Of a stretch of DNA of 64,000 bases, positions 1 to 10,251 are shown piece by piece. Under the pieces are notes generated by a model. That model ran no database searches. It worked only from the letters and a program-made list of their open reading frames with translations, and had not been told where the DNA came from. The position numbers were made by a program, and so were the translations under genes. Every line of letters starts with the position of its first letter. The first letter of the stretch is position 1. This DNA comes from Moorena producens 3L (GTDB taxonomy: Bacteria > Cyanobacteriota > Cyanobacteriia > Cyanobacteriales > Coleofasciculaceae), in NCBI RefSeq assembly GCF_000211815.1, contig NZ_GL890973.1:39777-103776 (forward strand). The letters run 5' to 3'.

Positions 1-267
1 ATTCCAGAGTTTTAGTTCATTATAAGCACAGCCACTAGTATCCAAACTATCCAATTTAACATTACCGTAGCTCTCTAGGAGTGCTTCCTGATATTTCCTT
101 AACTCAACATCTGGGGTAATTTCTGGTTTAGTGTTTTCTGCGATCGCTTCCAAGGTTTGGGAATTTCGGATAGGCCGTAACTGCTCTGATTCCCGAATAA
201 TATTTTTTACTTTCTTATTGTTCTTTTTTTTTCCTTTCTTGAGATAGCTTTTACCAATATAGTACAT
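1..267 (-). CDS. Partial CDS (N-terminal about 89 aa) of a probable STAND/NACHT-type signalling NTPase; it continues beyond the window start
   Basis: Translating the reverse complement from ATG at 265-267 gives MYYIGKSYLKKGKKKNNKKVKNIIRESEQLRPIRNSQTLEAIAENTKPEITPDVELRKYQEALLESYGNVKLDSLDTSG... It is open to the window edge. The RxYxEALxxxYGxVxL motif resembles N-termini of cyanobacterial NACHT/WD40 proteins. Confidence 0.35.
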   Translation of the reverse strand, partial: MYYIGKSYLKKGKKKNNKKVKNIIRESEQLRPIRNSQTLEAIAENTKPEITPDVELRKYQEALLESYGNVKLDSLDTSGCAYNELKLWN

Positions 268-490
268 AGTGCCAATCAAATCCTTCCGGTAATTCTAATA
301 AGTCAAGCTCAATCTAAGTCTTCGCTAATATATCGGTATCTATTCCTTAACAGCCATACTTGAACGCACTGCCCAGGATAGCTTTAATGGATTTATGTTT
401 AATATACTGCTTGAGAGGTTTACTATACTGTTTTAATTCTTGCTTAGATAAATCAGCATCTTCCAATTCTTCTTCCACTAAAGCCATAAA

Positions 491-682
491 TTATTTTAAT
501 GCTTTACCCAAGAGTTTTTTCTGGATATTTTGATCCGATAGTCCGGTATACTCTTTGATGGATACTTTGAATAAGTCTTTGGTGTAGTCTTCTAGAGCTT
601 CTTTGGCCAACGGACCAATCACCTCTTTGGCGAGATAGCCACCAGCACTAGAAATTCCCCAAACTGCTAACCAATCTAGCAT
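491..682 (-). CDS. Small hypothetical protein (63 aa) upstream of, and co-directional with, the partial STAND-like gene
   Basis: ORF from the supplied track; no recognisable domain. Confidence 0.3.
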   Translation of the reverse strand: MLDWLAVWGISSAGGYLAKEVIGPLAKEALEDYTKDLFKVSIKEYTGLSDQNIQKKLLGKALK

Positions 683-740
683 GATATTGGTAGTTGTTTT
701 TTGGTTTATCTATAATTATAAAGTAAAAGGAGTAGGGAGC

Positions 741-787
741 GGTGCGACCCGTGGCGAATTTAATAATTAGATGCGGAAAGCGCACCG
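741..787. repeat. Nested palindromic element (GGTGCGACCCGTGGCGAATTTAAT...GCGCACC), copy 1 of a family with at least 6 copies
   Basis: Near-identical sequence at 35041-35085 and related copies at 39103-39232, 50994-51039, 54920-55025 and 60591-60639. Confidence 0.7.
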
Positions 788-918
788 AGGGAGTCGGGAG
801 CAGGAAAGTCCAATATAGCGTTTATGGGATGTATGAGGTACGCTTCTCAAGCTCAAAGTCCCTCTTTTATAAGGGAAACGGGGGTACGCTTTGGGAACAG
901 GGAACAGGGAGCACAGCT

Positions 919-949
919 GATGGCTGACAGCTGACAGCTGACAGCTGAG
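919..949. repeat. Heptamer tandem repeat (GCTGACA)x4
   Basis: Direct reading of the sequence. Confidence 0.8.
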
Positions 950-1013
950 GGCTAAATGCTTACCGGCAGTTGCTAAGATCAAACTCATCAGTCGGAAAAA
1001 TTGAGGTCATCTC

Positions 1014-1892
1014 ATGTCACTTGCCAAACCCTCATTTAAAAAAGTTATTCTCCCTCATCCGGCTAAAGAAACCCTGCCCACCATGTATGATTTACCCAGT
1101 GAAGATCCCGAGGAGCCGGGTTTGCCTGACGAATTTCATCTTTGGCAACCACAACTGTGTAGTGAAACATTTCGCCCTCCCAATTATGACAGCGAAAGGG
1201 TGTTTGTGGCCAGTGACTTAAATTTATATTATGACCCCAACCATACCGCTTGGTACAAACGACCGGATTGGTTTGCGGTAGTAGGGATTTCCCGATTCTA
1301 CCAGGGACGAGAGCTCAGAATGAGTTATGTGATCTGGCAAGAAGAAGTCAGACCAATTGTGGCGATAGAGTTTCTCTCTGCCAGCACCAGAGATCAAGAC
1401 CTTGGTTACAGTGAACGAACGGGAGAACCACCAACGAAATGGGAAGTGTACGAGCAGATTTTAGCAATTCCCTACTATATCACCTTTGAGCGAGTCACCA
1501 ACGAATTAAAAATCTTTCACTTAGATGGCGGCAGCTATCAACCCCAAACAATAGATAATTCCCAATTTTGGATCCCTGAGTTGCAATTGGGTTTAGGGCT
1601 ATGGCTTGGGGAATATCGGGGATTGAATCGGTTGTGGCTACGTTGGTATGATCAAGATGGAAATTGGATTGCCACTAACGCAGAACGAACCGAACAAGAA
1701 CGGCAACGAGCCGAACAAGAACGGCAACGAGCCGAACAAGAATACCAACGAGCTGAACAGGAACACCAACGAGCTGAACAGGAACACCAACGAGCTGAAC
1801 AAGAACGTCAACAGAAGGAACTGGCTCAACAACGAGCTCAACAACTAGCAGAACGGTTACGACAGATGGGTATTAATCCCGATGAAATTTAA
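1014..1892 (+). CDS. Uma2-family (DUF820) putative restriction-endonuclease-like protein with a C-terminal Q/E/R-rich coiled-coil tail encoded by 21-bp tandem repeats
   Basis: Family-typical motifs (YDLPSEDPEEPGLPDEFH, VVGISRFY...IAIEFLS) are shared with the paralogs at 57473-58225 and 62450-63061. The tail reads RAEQERQRAEQERQRAEQEYQRAEQEHQ. Confidence 0.8.
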   Translation: MSLAKPSFKKVILPHPAKETLPTMYDLPSEDPEEPGLPDEFHLWQPQLCSETFRPPNYDSERVFVASDLNLYYDPNHTAWYKRPDWFAVVGISRFYQGRELRMSYVIWQEEVRPIVAIEFLSASTRDQDLGYSERTGEPPTKWEVYEQILAIPYYITFERVTNELKIFHLDGGSYQPQTIDNSQFWIPELQLGLGLWLGEYRGLNRLWLRWYDQDGNWIATNAERTEQERQRAEQERQRAEQEYQRAEQEHQRAEQEHQRAEQERQQKELAQQRAQQLAERLRQMGINPDEI

Positions 1893-1981
1893 CCCCTGTC
1901 TGAGTTTTTCTGTAAGCTATCAGCTATCAGCGTGTCGCGTATCAGCTATCAGCTAAAGGCTGACCACTGACGGCTGACCGG

Positions 1982-2836
1982 TCAAGGATTATTGGGGATG
2001 TGATCGATTTGGGCATAGCCACTGAAAACTAGCTTTTTACCCTGGGTCTCTAGACGATTGATGCGCATAGTAACACCATCAAGGTTGAAGCGGTCTAGAT
2101 CCACCATATTGTTCAAGATCTCATCCAGGGCTACTGTCAAAGTTTGAGATATTTCTTGTAACGACTCTGGTATTTCATTAGCTTGAAACTGGGAGTCTTT
2201 AAACAAAATCCGCCGTCGCCGCTCTACTCCGATGGTAGATGTCATACTAATCGGTACTATGCCGTAATTCGGTAGATCAGCCTTAGCAAATAACCGTAGA
2301 CCATTGTTCGGTTGCAGCTGCACTTGCACCTCAGTAAAGGAAACCGGAGCACCACCAGATAGTGCGGTTAAGGCTGGTGTAGAAAGGTTTTCCAGCCGCT
2401 TTCTTACTAGTTGTGCTTTAAAGGATTGGTTGATGTCAGCTTCAGTAAGAATAACTTGAGCGATCGCTTGAGTAGGTTGTTTCAGAGAAATCTTACCCTG
2501 AAGCACTGAGCTGAAATCCAGAGAGACAGCATCGGTTTCAAAGGACATCTCCTCTGTCCGGAATTCCCGACGAATCACTAAACCACGACCACTCATTTTG
2601 AAACTATCGATGCTACCTTGTAGCAACTTGCTAGAGGGATAGCAGCGCACAGACACATCTACCGATTCGCTTGTGGTAAACAGGTGGCGAATGGTCTTGC
2701 TGGCAACAGTATTGAGCAGCTGTTCACCCCAGTCAGTGCCAGAATTATTTGTACCGGTGAAGCCACCTAACATAACCATCTTGCATCCTGCGAGAGTTAC
2801 TTCTACATTTGTAACAAAATGTGAAGAACTCAGCAA
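1982..2836 (-). CDS. DUF2993/LmeA-like protein (putative lipid-binding)
   Basis: 284-aa ORF; overall resemblance to cyanobacterial DUF2993 proteins. Domain assignment made from memory. Confidence 0.45.
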   Translation of the reverse strand: MLSSSHFVTNVEVTLAGCKMVMLGGFTGTNNSGTDWGEQLLNTVASKTIRHLFTTSESVDVSVRCYPSSKLLQGSIDSFKMSGRGLVIRREFRTEEMSFETDAVSLDFSSVLQGKISLKQPTQAIAQVILTEADINQSFKAQLVRKRLENLSTPALTALSGGAPVSFTEVQVQLQPNNGLRLFAKADLPNYGIVPISMTSTIGVERRRRILFKDSQFQANEIPESLQEISQTLTVALDEILNNMVDLDRFNLDGVTMRINRLETQGKKLVFSGYAQIDHIPNNP

Positions 2837-3640
2837 TCGATCCTAGGGATTAAGGTTATTTGGTTATTCCCCATTGACATCCAGTGTAGCGTAAGTTAAT
2901 CGGTTGTTCACCTTTAGTGTCCAGTGCAGGGTAGGTTATTTGGTTGGTTATCGGTTAATCAGCTGTAGTATATCAAATGTAGTATCTCAAACTGGTTAGC
3001 TCCAGAGGTCTCGGTTGTAGGGCTTTAGTTGTAGACCTAAAGGGGTCAAAAGCCAGTCTCAACCTTTATAGCATTTGTCATAGTTATCAAGTACATTCAA
3101 TTTTCTTATCCAATCTTGATGGACTCGCTCATGGAGGGGAAGCCATCATGAAGGCGCTGGCTCCCCAATGGCTGGGCTGCTCCCTACTCTCTACTCCCTG
3201 CTCCCTATTCCCTAACAACCAGAGCCTAAGTACCTGACCCAATTGAGAACTACTTTATAATCCTTCACCTAATTGTTTACTTTCGTAAAATGTAGCTTAA
3301 TATAATTAAGGCTTTATAATACTTGTAAAAGTTAGTCAAGAACAAAAATTAACCTAAAGTTGCGGTCTGTAACGTAATTAATGGGATTTTTGGGATGAGT
3401 ATCACCGATTCTCATTTACCGATTACCCCTTACTAAACTCAGTTACAGCAAAGACTCCAGGTCAATACAGCAACCAGAGCTTTTTTTGTTCTCCTACTTT
3501 GTAAGCACCCCGCTCGCCCATAGACGAGGCAATAACACCAATAGTTAATCCCACATCTCCGCCAGCGGGTAGGACCAACGGGCTAATCTTGCCCGAATAG
3601 CTAAAAAACTCGGTTAAAAACTTCTAGGTATACGATTATT

Positions 3641-4066
3641 ATGAGCGATAGCACTGTGAGCGATAGCACTGTGAGCGATAGCACTGCAATCAATGAAAAC
3701 ACTACCGCAGTTCAGCTAGCAGAAGCTCCAGCACAGGAAACCTCTGCCCTGGATACACTTCCCCCTTTACCTGGAAACCGTCCCATTGCTCCTAGTGAGC
3801 TTCATATTAGTGAAACACACAGCATAATGGGACATCGACCAATTGATGCCAGTAATCTCCAGGTATTAGAAACGATGTCTGTAATGGGAGAGCGCCCCAT
3901 CACTTCTAGCAACATTGAGGTACTCGGTATCATGAAGGTGTCTGGGGAGAGACCAATTGCTGCTAGTAGTCTTCATCTTGACGAAATAGAGTACATCATG
4001 GGCAAGCGTCCCATCGCCCCAAATGATATTGATGCTGATCCACAGCTGATGGGTTATTTAGATTAA
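3641..4066 (+). CDS. Repeat protein with five roughly 19-aa GxRPI(A/D)xSxL repeats and an N-terminal (SDSTV)x3 motif
   Basis: Periodicity visible in the translation: MGHRPIDASNLQVLET / MGERPITSSNIEVLGI / SGERPIAASSLHLDEI / MGKRPIAPNDIDADPQ. The 5' end carries a 15-bp tandem repeat. Confidence 0.5.
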   Translation: MSDSTVSDSTVSDSTAINENTTAVQLAEAPAQETSALDTLPPLPGNRPIAPSELHISETHSIMGHRPIDASNLQVLETMSVMGERPITSSNIEVLGIMKVSGERPIAASSLHLDEIEYIMGKRPIAPNDIDADPQLMGYLD

Positions 4067-4201
4067 ATTCAATCACCTGTTGATTTAGCGTCCGCTCCCA
4101 CAACTGTTTTTTCCACGAACCACCCCTGTTTCAAAACAGGGGAATTTTGTGATTAGCTATTACTCAAGCCATTAGTAATTAGTAACGTAAGCCATAGATT
4201 A

Positions 4202-4252
4202 ACCTTAAACCTTAAACCTTAAACCTTAAACCTTAAACCTTCAACCTTCAAC
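4202..4252. repeat. Heptamer tandem repeat (CCTTAAA)x5 followed by (CCTTCAA)x2
   Basis: Direct reading of the sequence. Confidence 0.8.
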
Positions 4253-5574
4253 ATATCAAGGTGTTCTAAAAAATACTGACGATATAAATTACAACAGAGT
4301 GTGACTTGATTTCTCTGAACACTCACCAAACCCATACTCTGTAACTTATAGATACTGATTGGATCTAGTTCAACTCCCCTATCTGCTATAACCACCTGTT
4401 TAAGAGTAGTAGCTAAATCAGGATTTGCCCTGAGTACACTCAAGTGTTGCCGCAAATAGTCACTATAAATTCCCGTAGCAGTAGCTGCTTCAGCGAGTAA
4501 TTGTTCTAGGCTAATGTTATGATAAGCCAAATGATAGAGAGCAAGCTGCACTAATCCCGGATGTCCTCCCACCATAGCCATCAGTTTCTCAGCAGCTTCA
4601 CTATTTGACCAATGTAATCTATAAAGCTGCGCTAACTGCTGGATTTGCTGTTTGTTAAACTCGGGTAACTTAATCGGTAATCCCACATTAAACGGAGATT
4701 GGGAAGTTTCCAGAGCAACATAAATTTCTGTCGAGTAAACCACAATCACCCGCAGCTTTCGCCACACCGGTAGTTGTTTAGCTTCCTCATGCCAAGAGCG
4801 CAATAAGGGCAAAAAATCTTTAGCAGTTTGGGCATGCTCAAACAGGTGATGAACTTGATCCATTGCCAAAACGAGGGGATGGTGTATTTTTTCTAGGATA
4901 TGTTCTTGTAAGTAACTCATACAGCTGACCTTACTGCCTAGGTCTTTATCCCAATAGTCATCCAGTTGGTGGGGAAGCTGGAGTTGGTAACTGACGTTAA
5001 CACATAACCAGCGCAATAGCCGGTCTAAATTACTTAAAATGGCGGTTTCGGCTTGGTCAAAATTGAGGTATACTCTGTGATATTGTTTTTCTCTTGCCTG
5101 GTCTAATATTCGCAGCAGCAAAGAGGTTTTTCCTGTCTCTTTTGGTCCTGTAATCCGGAGCAAACTCCCAGGTTGCTGGATGGCTTGATAGCAAAGCTCT
5201 TCAATAGGAGGACGCTTTATATAAAGCTGAGATGGTAGGGGAAGTGCTCCACTGGGAAATTCAGCAATTTGACGTAGGCATTGACGGCGGTAATATTGCT
5301 CAATTATCTCTTGATAGTAGGGAGTAATCGGGGTTGTCTCCAGGGTGTTCCGGAAATTGGTCTTGGTGATCGCTTTGCCAAAAATATCTCCCAGTAATCG
5401 CCACAACTTATAGGCAGTCTTTCTGAGGTATTCAGGACCATAGTGTGCTTCGATCGCCATATCGGTATAGGTTTTTCCTTCCCAGGCTTGGTGCAGTATC
5501 CATTCCTGAAGTGGAGTCAACTTGATTTTCTCAACACTTTTGAGGATGTCAAGTACCTGATCAATAGTCATCAC
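4219..5574 (-). CDS. HTH-containing AAA-like domain protein (pfam14516-type STAND-like NTPase)
   Basis: N-terminal sigma-70 region 4/LuxR-like HTH (LTPLQEWILHQAWEGKTYTDMAIEAHYGPEYLRKTAYKLWRLL). P-loop-like GPKETGKTSLLLRIL. Length and C-terminal region typical of cyanobacterial AAA-like domain proteins. Confidence 0.6.
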   Translation of the reverse strand: MMTIDQVLDILKSVEKIKLTPLQEWILHQAWEGKTYTDMAIEAHYGPEYLRKTAYKLWRLLGDIFGKAITKTNFRNTLETTPITPYYQEIIEQYYRRQCLRQIAEFPSGALPLPSQLYIKRPPIEELCYQAIQQPGSLLRITGPKETGKTSLLLRILDQAREKQYHRVYLNFDQAETAILSNLDRLLRWLCVNVSYQLQLPHQLDDYWDKDLGSKVSCMSYLQEHILEKIHHPLVLAMDQVHHLFEHAQTAKDFLPLLRSWHEEAKQLPVWRKLRVIVVYSTEIYVALETSQSPFNVGLPIKLPEFNKQQIQQLAQLYRLHWSNSEAAEKLMAMVGGHPGLVQLALYHLAYHNISLEQLLAEAATATGIYSDYLRQHLSVLRANPDLATTLKQVVIADRGVELDPISIYKLQSMGLVSVQRNQVTLCCNLYRQYFLEHLDMLKVEGLRFKV

Positions 5575-6228
5575 TAACAGTTCCCCAATATCTCAAACGA
5601 CACTTTAGCGCTTTCTAACAAGGCAGACAATTAATTTAGGTTGATTCAGTGATTAAACTGGCTACACTTGCTAATTGACAAATACATACTATTATGTATA
5701 GTGCTGACATGCCTATCAAATGGTTGTCTTGGGATAGTTGACAAATAACTTATTTAAGGGGAATAATTCGGTTTTAGGTATATTCTAAGGGATTCGGGGT
5801 TAATTGAGTGGGTTAATCCGATAAATTTCCAGCAGACTGGGTCAATAGTGTAGCCAAATTTTAAAAGCAATTGGCTACATTTTTGTGTTGACGGTAGAGG
5901 ATACTATCGCCACAATGCTATATGTTGCTCCAACAAATAGAGCTTGTCTGCTAAATCCATAGGTTGAGATAAGTCGGTTGCTATAAATAAAGGAAATATG
6001 TAGATTTTTTGTGGTTTACTGTTGATGTATTACTCTTAGTAATAAATGCTCAATGAATAATATTTTAGCGACTAATAGTTTATCTTTAATTACAGCTACA
6101 GCCACTGATTTACTTCAATAAATTAATAAGCAGGCAACCTTTTGGTGTGACTATCAAAACTATATAATAATTAATTGCCGCCAGGCATTAATTTAACTAA
6201 TTCAATATGATTTTGCAGATAATTTGGC

Positions 6229-8145
6229 ATGACAAACCCATTAATAATTATTTGTATTGATAATGATCCATCAGTTCTCAATAGCCTAAAAACATCTCTA
6301 GGTAAGACTCTCGGCAAAGAACATCTGATTGAAAATTTTGAAGGGAGTAAAGGGGTTGTCAAGTTAGTCGAAGAGTTGCGCCATGATGAGTCTGAAGTTG
6401 CTTTAGTTTTGGCTGGTGCTGTTATCCCTGATCTAAAAGGGGATGACTTATTAAACATAGCTTATTTTTTCTCTAACCAAACTATCAAAATTATGCTGAC
6501 GGATGATCTGGATTTGGAAGGGACAGCCAAGGCAATTCGGTATGCAAAGTTATATCGTTACCTAGGCAAGCCTTGTCCATCTGAAGACCTTAAATTGACA
6601 GTCATAGAAGCCATACATAGTTATCTTCTTGAGGAAACATTGAAGGCACAAAATCGCCAACTTCAGGAACTCAATCAGCACTTGGAAAAAATAATCTGTG
6701 ATCAAGCAGCACAGATTTCAGAATATACTACAGCACCAGAACAAGCTAATCAAGAGTGGCAGCACCTGAGTTCTATAAACCGTCAGCAAGCTGTCCTAGT
6801 TGACGAACTGCTAGAGAAGCAGTATCAATTGACCCAGTTCCTAGAAAGGATGCCTGTGGGTGTGGCTGTGTTTAATGATAAGGGGATACTAGAATTCCTC
6901 AATTATAAGGCGCGGCAGTTATTCGGAAAGGGAGTCGTGCCATTAACTACAGTTGAGCAAATGCCAGAGGTTTATCAACTTTATGTTGCCGGAACCAATC
7001 AGCTATACTTTGCTGAAAAATTAGTTGCTGTAAAGGCCTTAAAAGGTGAAAACTCCACCCTCGATGATATTGAAATCCACCAAGAAGACAAAATTCTCCC
7101 TATAGAAAGTTGGGGAACACCTATCTTTAATGAATTGGGTAACATTGCCTATGCTATCGTTGCCTTTCATGATATCACCCAACGCAAAAAAGCAGAAGCA
7201 GAACACCTACGCTTGATGCAGGAATTCTCGCAAGTTAATCAAGCTTATGAAAGCTTTGTTCCCCATCAGTTTCTCCAGTTATTGAACAAACCAAGCATTG
7301 TCGATGTTCAATTAGGGGATCATGTTCAGCAAGAGATGTCGGTGCTATTTTCCGATATTCGCTCCTTTAGCACCCTCTCGGAAAGTATGACACCTGAGGA
7401 AAATTTTGAATTTATCAATACCTATCTTTCTCGTATGGAATCTGTCATCACTGAAAATCATGGCTTTATTGATAAATACATGGGGGATGGGATTATGGCT
7501 CTGTTTAACGAAAGTGCTAATCATGCGGTCAACGCCGGAATTGCTATGCTCACATCCCTAGCTGACTATAATCAATCTCGGCGAAGCTCAGGACACCCAG
7601 CCATCACCGTTGGCATTGGCATCAATACTGGTTCCTTGATGTTAGGAACAGTGGGAGGAAAAAATCGGATGGATAGCACTGTCATCAGCGATGGGGTTAA
7701 TTTAGCGTCTCGTTTAGAAGAATTAACGAAACCTTATGGGGTGCCATTATTAATCACTCACCATACTTATTGGAAGTTAGATAATCCCTTAGCTTATGCC
7801 ATTCGCTTGATTGATCGGGTACCAGTGAAGGGCAAATCCGAAATGGTGACAGTTTATGAAATCTTTGATGCCGATGAACCGCAATTGCGAGAGGGCAAGT
7901 TAATTACTCGCAGCAAATTTGAACAAGCCTTGGTGCTTTATAATCTGCGTTATTTCTCCAAGGCATCAGTTCTGTTTCAGGAATGTCTACGCTTGAATCC
8001 AGGAGATAGTGTAGCACAAATTTATCTTGGACAATGTCAACTTCATACTCGCCTCTCTGGAGTGACTAAAATCAAGCAACCATTAAAATCTAGTTTACAA
8101 AATTTTGATTATGATGTAATATACAAACCTAACAACAAACTGTAG
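6229..8145 (+). CDS. Multidomain signalling protein: receiver-like domain, PAS, class III adenylate/guanylate cyclase (CHD) and C-terminal TPR
   Basis: CHD motifs FSDIRSFSTLSE...YMGDGIMALF...GINTGSLMLGTVGG. PAS-like segment MPVGVAVFNDKGILEFLN. The N-terminal receiver fold may lack the canonical phospho-Asp context. TPR-like C-terminus. Confidence 0.8.
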   Translation: MTNPLIIICIDNDPSVLNSLKTSLGKTLGKEHLIENFEGSKGVVKLVEELRHDESEVALVLAGAVIPDLKGDDLLNIAYFFSNQTIKIMLTDDLDLEGTAKAIRYAKLYRYLGKPCPSEDLKLTVIEAIHSYLLEETLKAQNRQLQELNQHLEKIICDQAAQISEYTTAPEQANQEWQHLSSINRQQAVLVDELLEKQYQLTQFLERMPVGVAVFNDKGILEFLNYKARQLFGKGVVPLTTVEQMPEVYQLYVAGTNQLYFAEKLVAVKALKGENSTLDDIEIHQEDKILPIESWGTPIFNELGNIAYAIVAFHDITQRKKAEAEHLRLMQEFSQVNQAYESFVPHQFLQLLNKPSIVDVQLGDHVQQEMSVLFSDIRSFSTLSESMTPEENFEFINTYLSRMESVITENHGFIDKYMGDGIMALFNESANHAVNAGIAMLTSLADYNQSRRSSGHPAITVGIGINTGSLMLGTVGGKNRMDSTVISDGVNLASRLEELTKPYGVPLLITHHTYWKLDNPLAYAIRLIDRVPVKGKSEMVTVYEIFDADEPQLREGKLITRSKFEQALVLYNLRYFSKASVLFQECLRLNPGDSVAQIYLGQCQLHTRLSGVTKIKQPLKSSLQNFDYDVIYKPNNKL

Positions 8146-8282
8146 TCTTCGAGTCTGGGCTTCACTTTGATTAAATCCAGATCAGGTAAGGCTTTTAGGT
8201 AAGCGCGATTGACCAAAGGTCACGCTACGCGAACGCTCTTTTTGTGACAAATGCGGCTAATACCGCAATCAATTCCATCAGA

Positions 8283-8314
8283 ATCCCACGCTAAAAACGT
8301 AGTGTTAGCGTGGG
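8283..8314. terminator. Hairpin between convergent genes (cyclase gene and prfA); candidate bidirectional terminator
   Basis: CCCACGCTAA-aaacgtagtg-TTAGCGTGGG perfect 10-bp stem between the stop codons at 8145 and 8334. Confidence 0.4.
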
Positions 8315-8333
8315 AGAGTCACCTAACTTGGTA

Positions 8334-9446
8334 TCAATTTAAAGATTGACCGTTGGATGTTGAAGATGCCAATTTTTCCAATTGCTCCTGCTGGTCTTGG
8401 CTAATGCAAGCTTGAATCAATCCCTCCAAGTCCCCCTCCAGCAAAGGAGCGAGGGAATAATTTTGACCCAGTCGGTGATCGGTAACCCGATTATCTTTGT
8501 AGTTGTAGGTACGGATTTTCTCAGAACGAGCCCCTGTACCAACTTGGGCACGCCTCATCGAGGTCACCGCTTCTTGCTGTTCCTGTAACTTGATCTCGTA
8601 CAGCTTAGCCCGGAGAATTTGCATAGCTCGCTCTCGGTTTTGCAGCTGAGATCGTTCTTCTGTACAGAAAATGCGAATTCCTGTAGGCTTGTGGTATAAA
8701 TCAACTGCCGTTTCCACTTTGTTTACGTTCTGACCACCAGCACCACCCGAACGGGCTGTAGAAATTTCGATCTCCTTGGGGTCAATCTCCACATCCACCT
8801 CATCAACTTCCGGCATCACGGCTACCGTTGCTGTTGAGGTGTGAACTCTACCGCCAGCCTCAGTTACAGGTACTCGTTGGACTCGATGAACCCCAGCTTC
8901 AAACTTCAGCTTGCTGTAAACTTGCTCTCCCTGAATTTCTAATATCGCCTCTTTGAAGCCTCCCATATCCGCCAGAGACTCACTCAATAACTTTACTCGC
9001 CAGTTTTGACTTTCGGAATAGCGTGAGTACATCCGTACCAAGTCCCCTGCCCAGATACTTGCTTCATCGCCACCAGTTCCTGCCCGAATCTCCAGCATGA
9101 TATTCTTTTCATCATTTGGGTCTTTGGGCAAGAGTAATATTTTAAGTTCTCTTTCCAGATGCTCTACCTTGGTCTGGAGTTCCTCAACTTCCAGAGCTGC
9201 CATTTCTTGCATTTCTGGCTCACCAGTGGATTCTTTGAGGATTTGCCTTGCTCCTGCCAAATCCTCTTGGGTTTTCTTCCAGTTGTCGTAAGTAGCAACA
9301 ACTTCTTCTAAGGAGGCACGAGCTTTTGCCACTCGTTGCAACTCATTGGGGTCAGTGGCGATATCTGGATCAGCCAGACGCCTTGTTAATTCATGGTAGG
9401 TTTGCTCGACAGAGTTTAGTTTTTCCAGCAGGTAGGTTTCAGCCAT
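8334..9446 (-). CDS. prfA: Peptide chain release factor 1
   Basis: GGQ motif ([16 protein letters not shown]), RF1-type PVT tripeptide region, 370 aa. Confidence 0.95.
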   Translation of the reverse strand: MAETYLLEKLNSVEQTYHELTRRLADPDIATDPNELQRVAKARASLEEVVATYDNWKKTQEDLAGARQILKESTGEPEMQEMAALEVEELQTKVEHLERELKILLLPKDPNDEKNIMLEIRAGTGGDEASIWAGDLVRMYSRYSESQNWRVKLLSESLADMGGFKEAILEIQGEQVYSKLKFEAGVHRVQRVPVTEAGGRVHTSTATVAVMPEVDEVDVEIDPKEIEISTARSGGAGGQNVNKVETAVDLYHKPTGIRIFCTEERSQLQNRERAMQILRAKLYEIKLQEQQEAVTSMRRAQVGTGARSEKIRTYNYKDNRVTDHRLGQNYSLAPLLEGDLEGLIQACISQDQQEQLEKLASSTSNGQSLN

Positions 9447-9666
9447 GGTTTATGCGATCGCTCTCTTGAAATAGCCTAAGAAGTTAGGAAGGATGAAGTA
9501 TAAATTTATGAATTATGAAGTGGGAACTATTAAGTGGGAAGTTTAAGTCCTAACTGTTTATCAAGTTTTTAGTCAACCTTAAGTTAGCCATCGCTAAACC
9601 CATTTCATGGTTCATTCCTCCTGGTTCATCTTTTATCCTTCATCCTTCACCCTTGAACTTCAGGAG

Positions 9667-9915
9667 CTATTTCTTTGTCTCATCAGAGCTAGCTGTATTG
9701 TCTGCAGCATCCAGCATCCCATATTTCCGCATAAAGCGTTCAACTCGCCCTTCCGTATCAATAATTTTCTGGGTTCCTGTGTAGAAGGGATGATTACCAG
9801 ACCAAACATCGACGTGAAGTTCTGGCTGAGTTGAGCCAACGGTCATAACAACTTCCCCGTTGCAATAGACTTTAGCTTCTGGGTACCACTCTGGGTGAAT
9901 ATCTGGTTTTGGCAT
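9667..9915 (-). CDS. rpmE: 50S ribosomal protein L31
   Basis: MPKPDIHPEWYPEAKVYCNGE...FMRKYG is classic L31. Confidence 0.95.
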   Translation of the reverse strand: MPKPDIHPEWYPEAKVYCNGEVVMTVGSTQPELHVDVWSGNHPFYTGTQKIIDTEGRVERFMRKYGMLDAADNTASSDETKK

Positions 9916-10251
9916 AGTTCCTCCTTTGATTTCTATTTTACTATATATTTAGCTAATTTTTCATTCCTATTTGTTAAATTATGGTAATGATATGCGCTAA
10001 GCACACCCTACTTGAGGTGCTATCAGCCCCTTAGCAGTCAGCTTTTCAATCCTGTCAAACTTAGGGATGTTGCTTAATGTTGCCCAGACATTAGCTATTG
10101 TGGACAACCCTTAATCAGCTAATTTATTAGCTTATTTATTATTGCTTTTAGCTAAAAGTTTATTCGGAATGGCTGATAGCTGATAGCTAAGGTCTGAATG
10201 CTTACAAATTTTTAATTACCATGTTGAATTTTAAATTAGCCAGCTGATAAT

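Noticed and set aside
742-988. ORFs 742-927(+) and 767-988(-), and a GGAAAGTCC match reminiscent of the RNase P RNA P4 region
   Set aside because: The region is built from a palindromic repeat element plus heptamer repeats, and the ORFs overlap each other on opposite strands. The RNase P resemblance stops after 9 nt (no GGGCUCCAUAGGGCA etc.).
1638-1848. ORFs 1638-1844(-) and 1648-1848(+) inside the Uma2 gene
   Set aside because: Alternative-frame translations of the 21-bp tandem repeat that encodes the RAEQERQ tail; repeat artefacts.
8334-9446. Possible programmed +1 frameshift as in prfB
   Set aside because: The protein is RF1 (PVT-type motif, continuous ORF), not RF2; no frameshift site is expected or seen.
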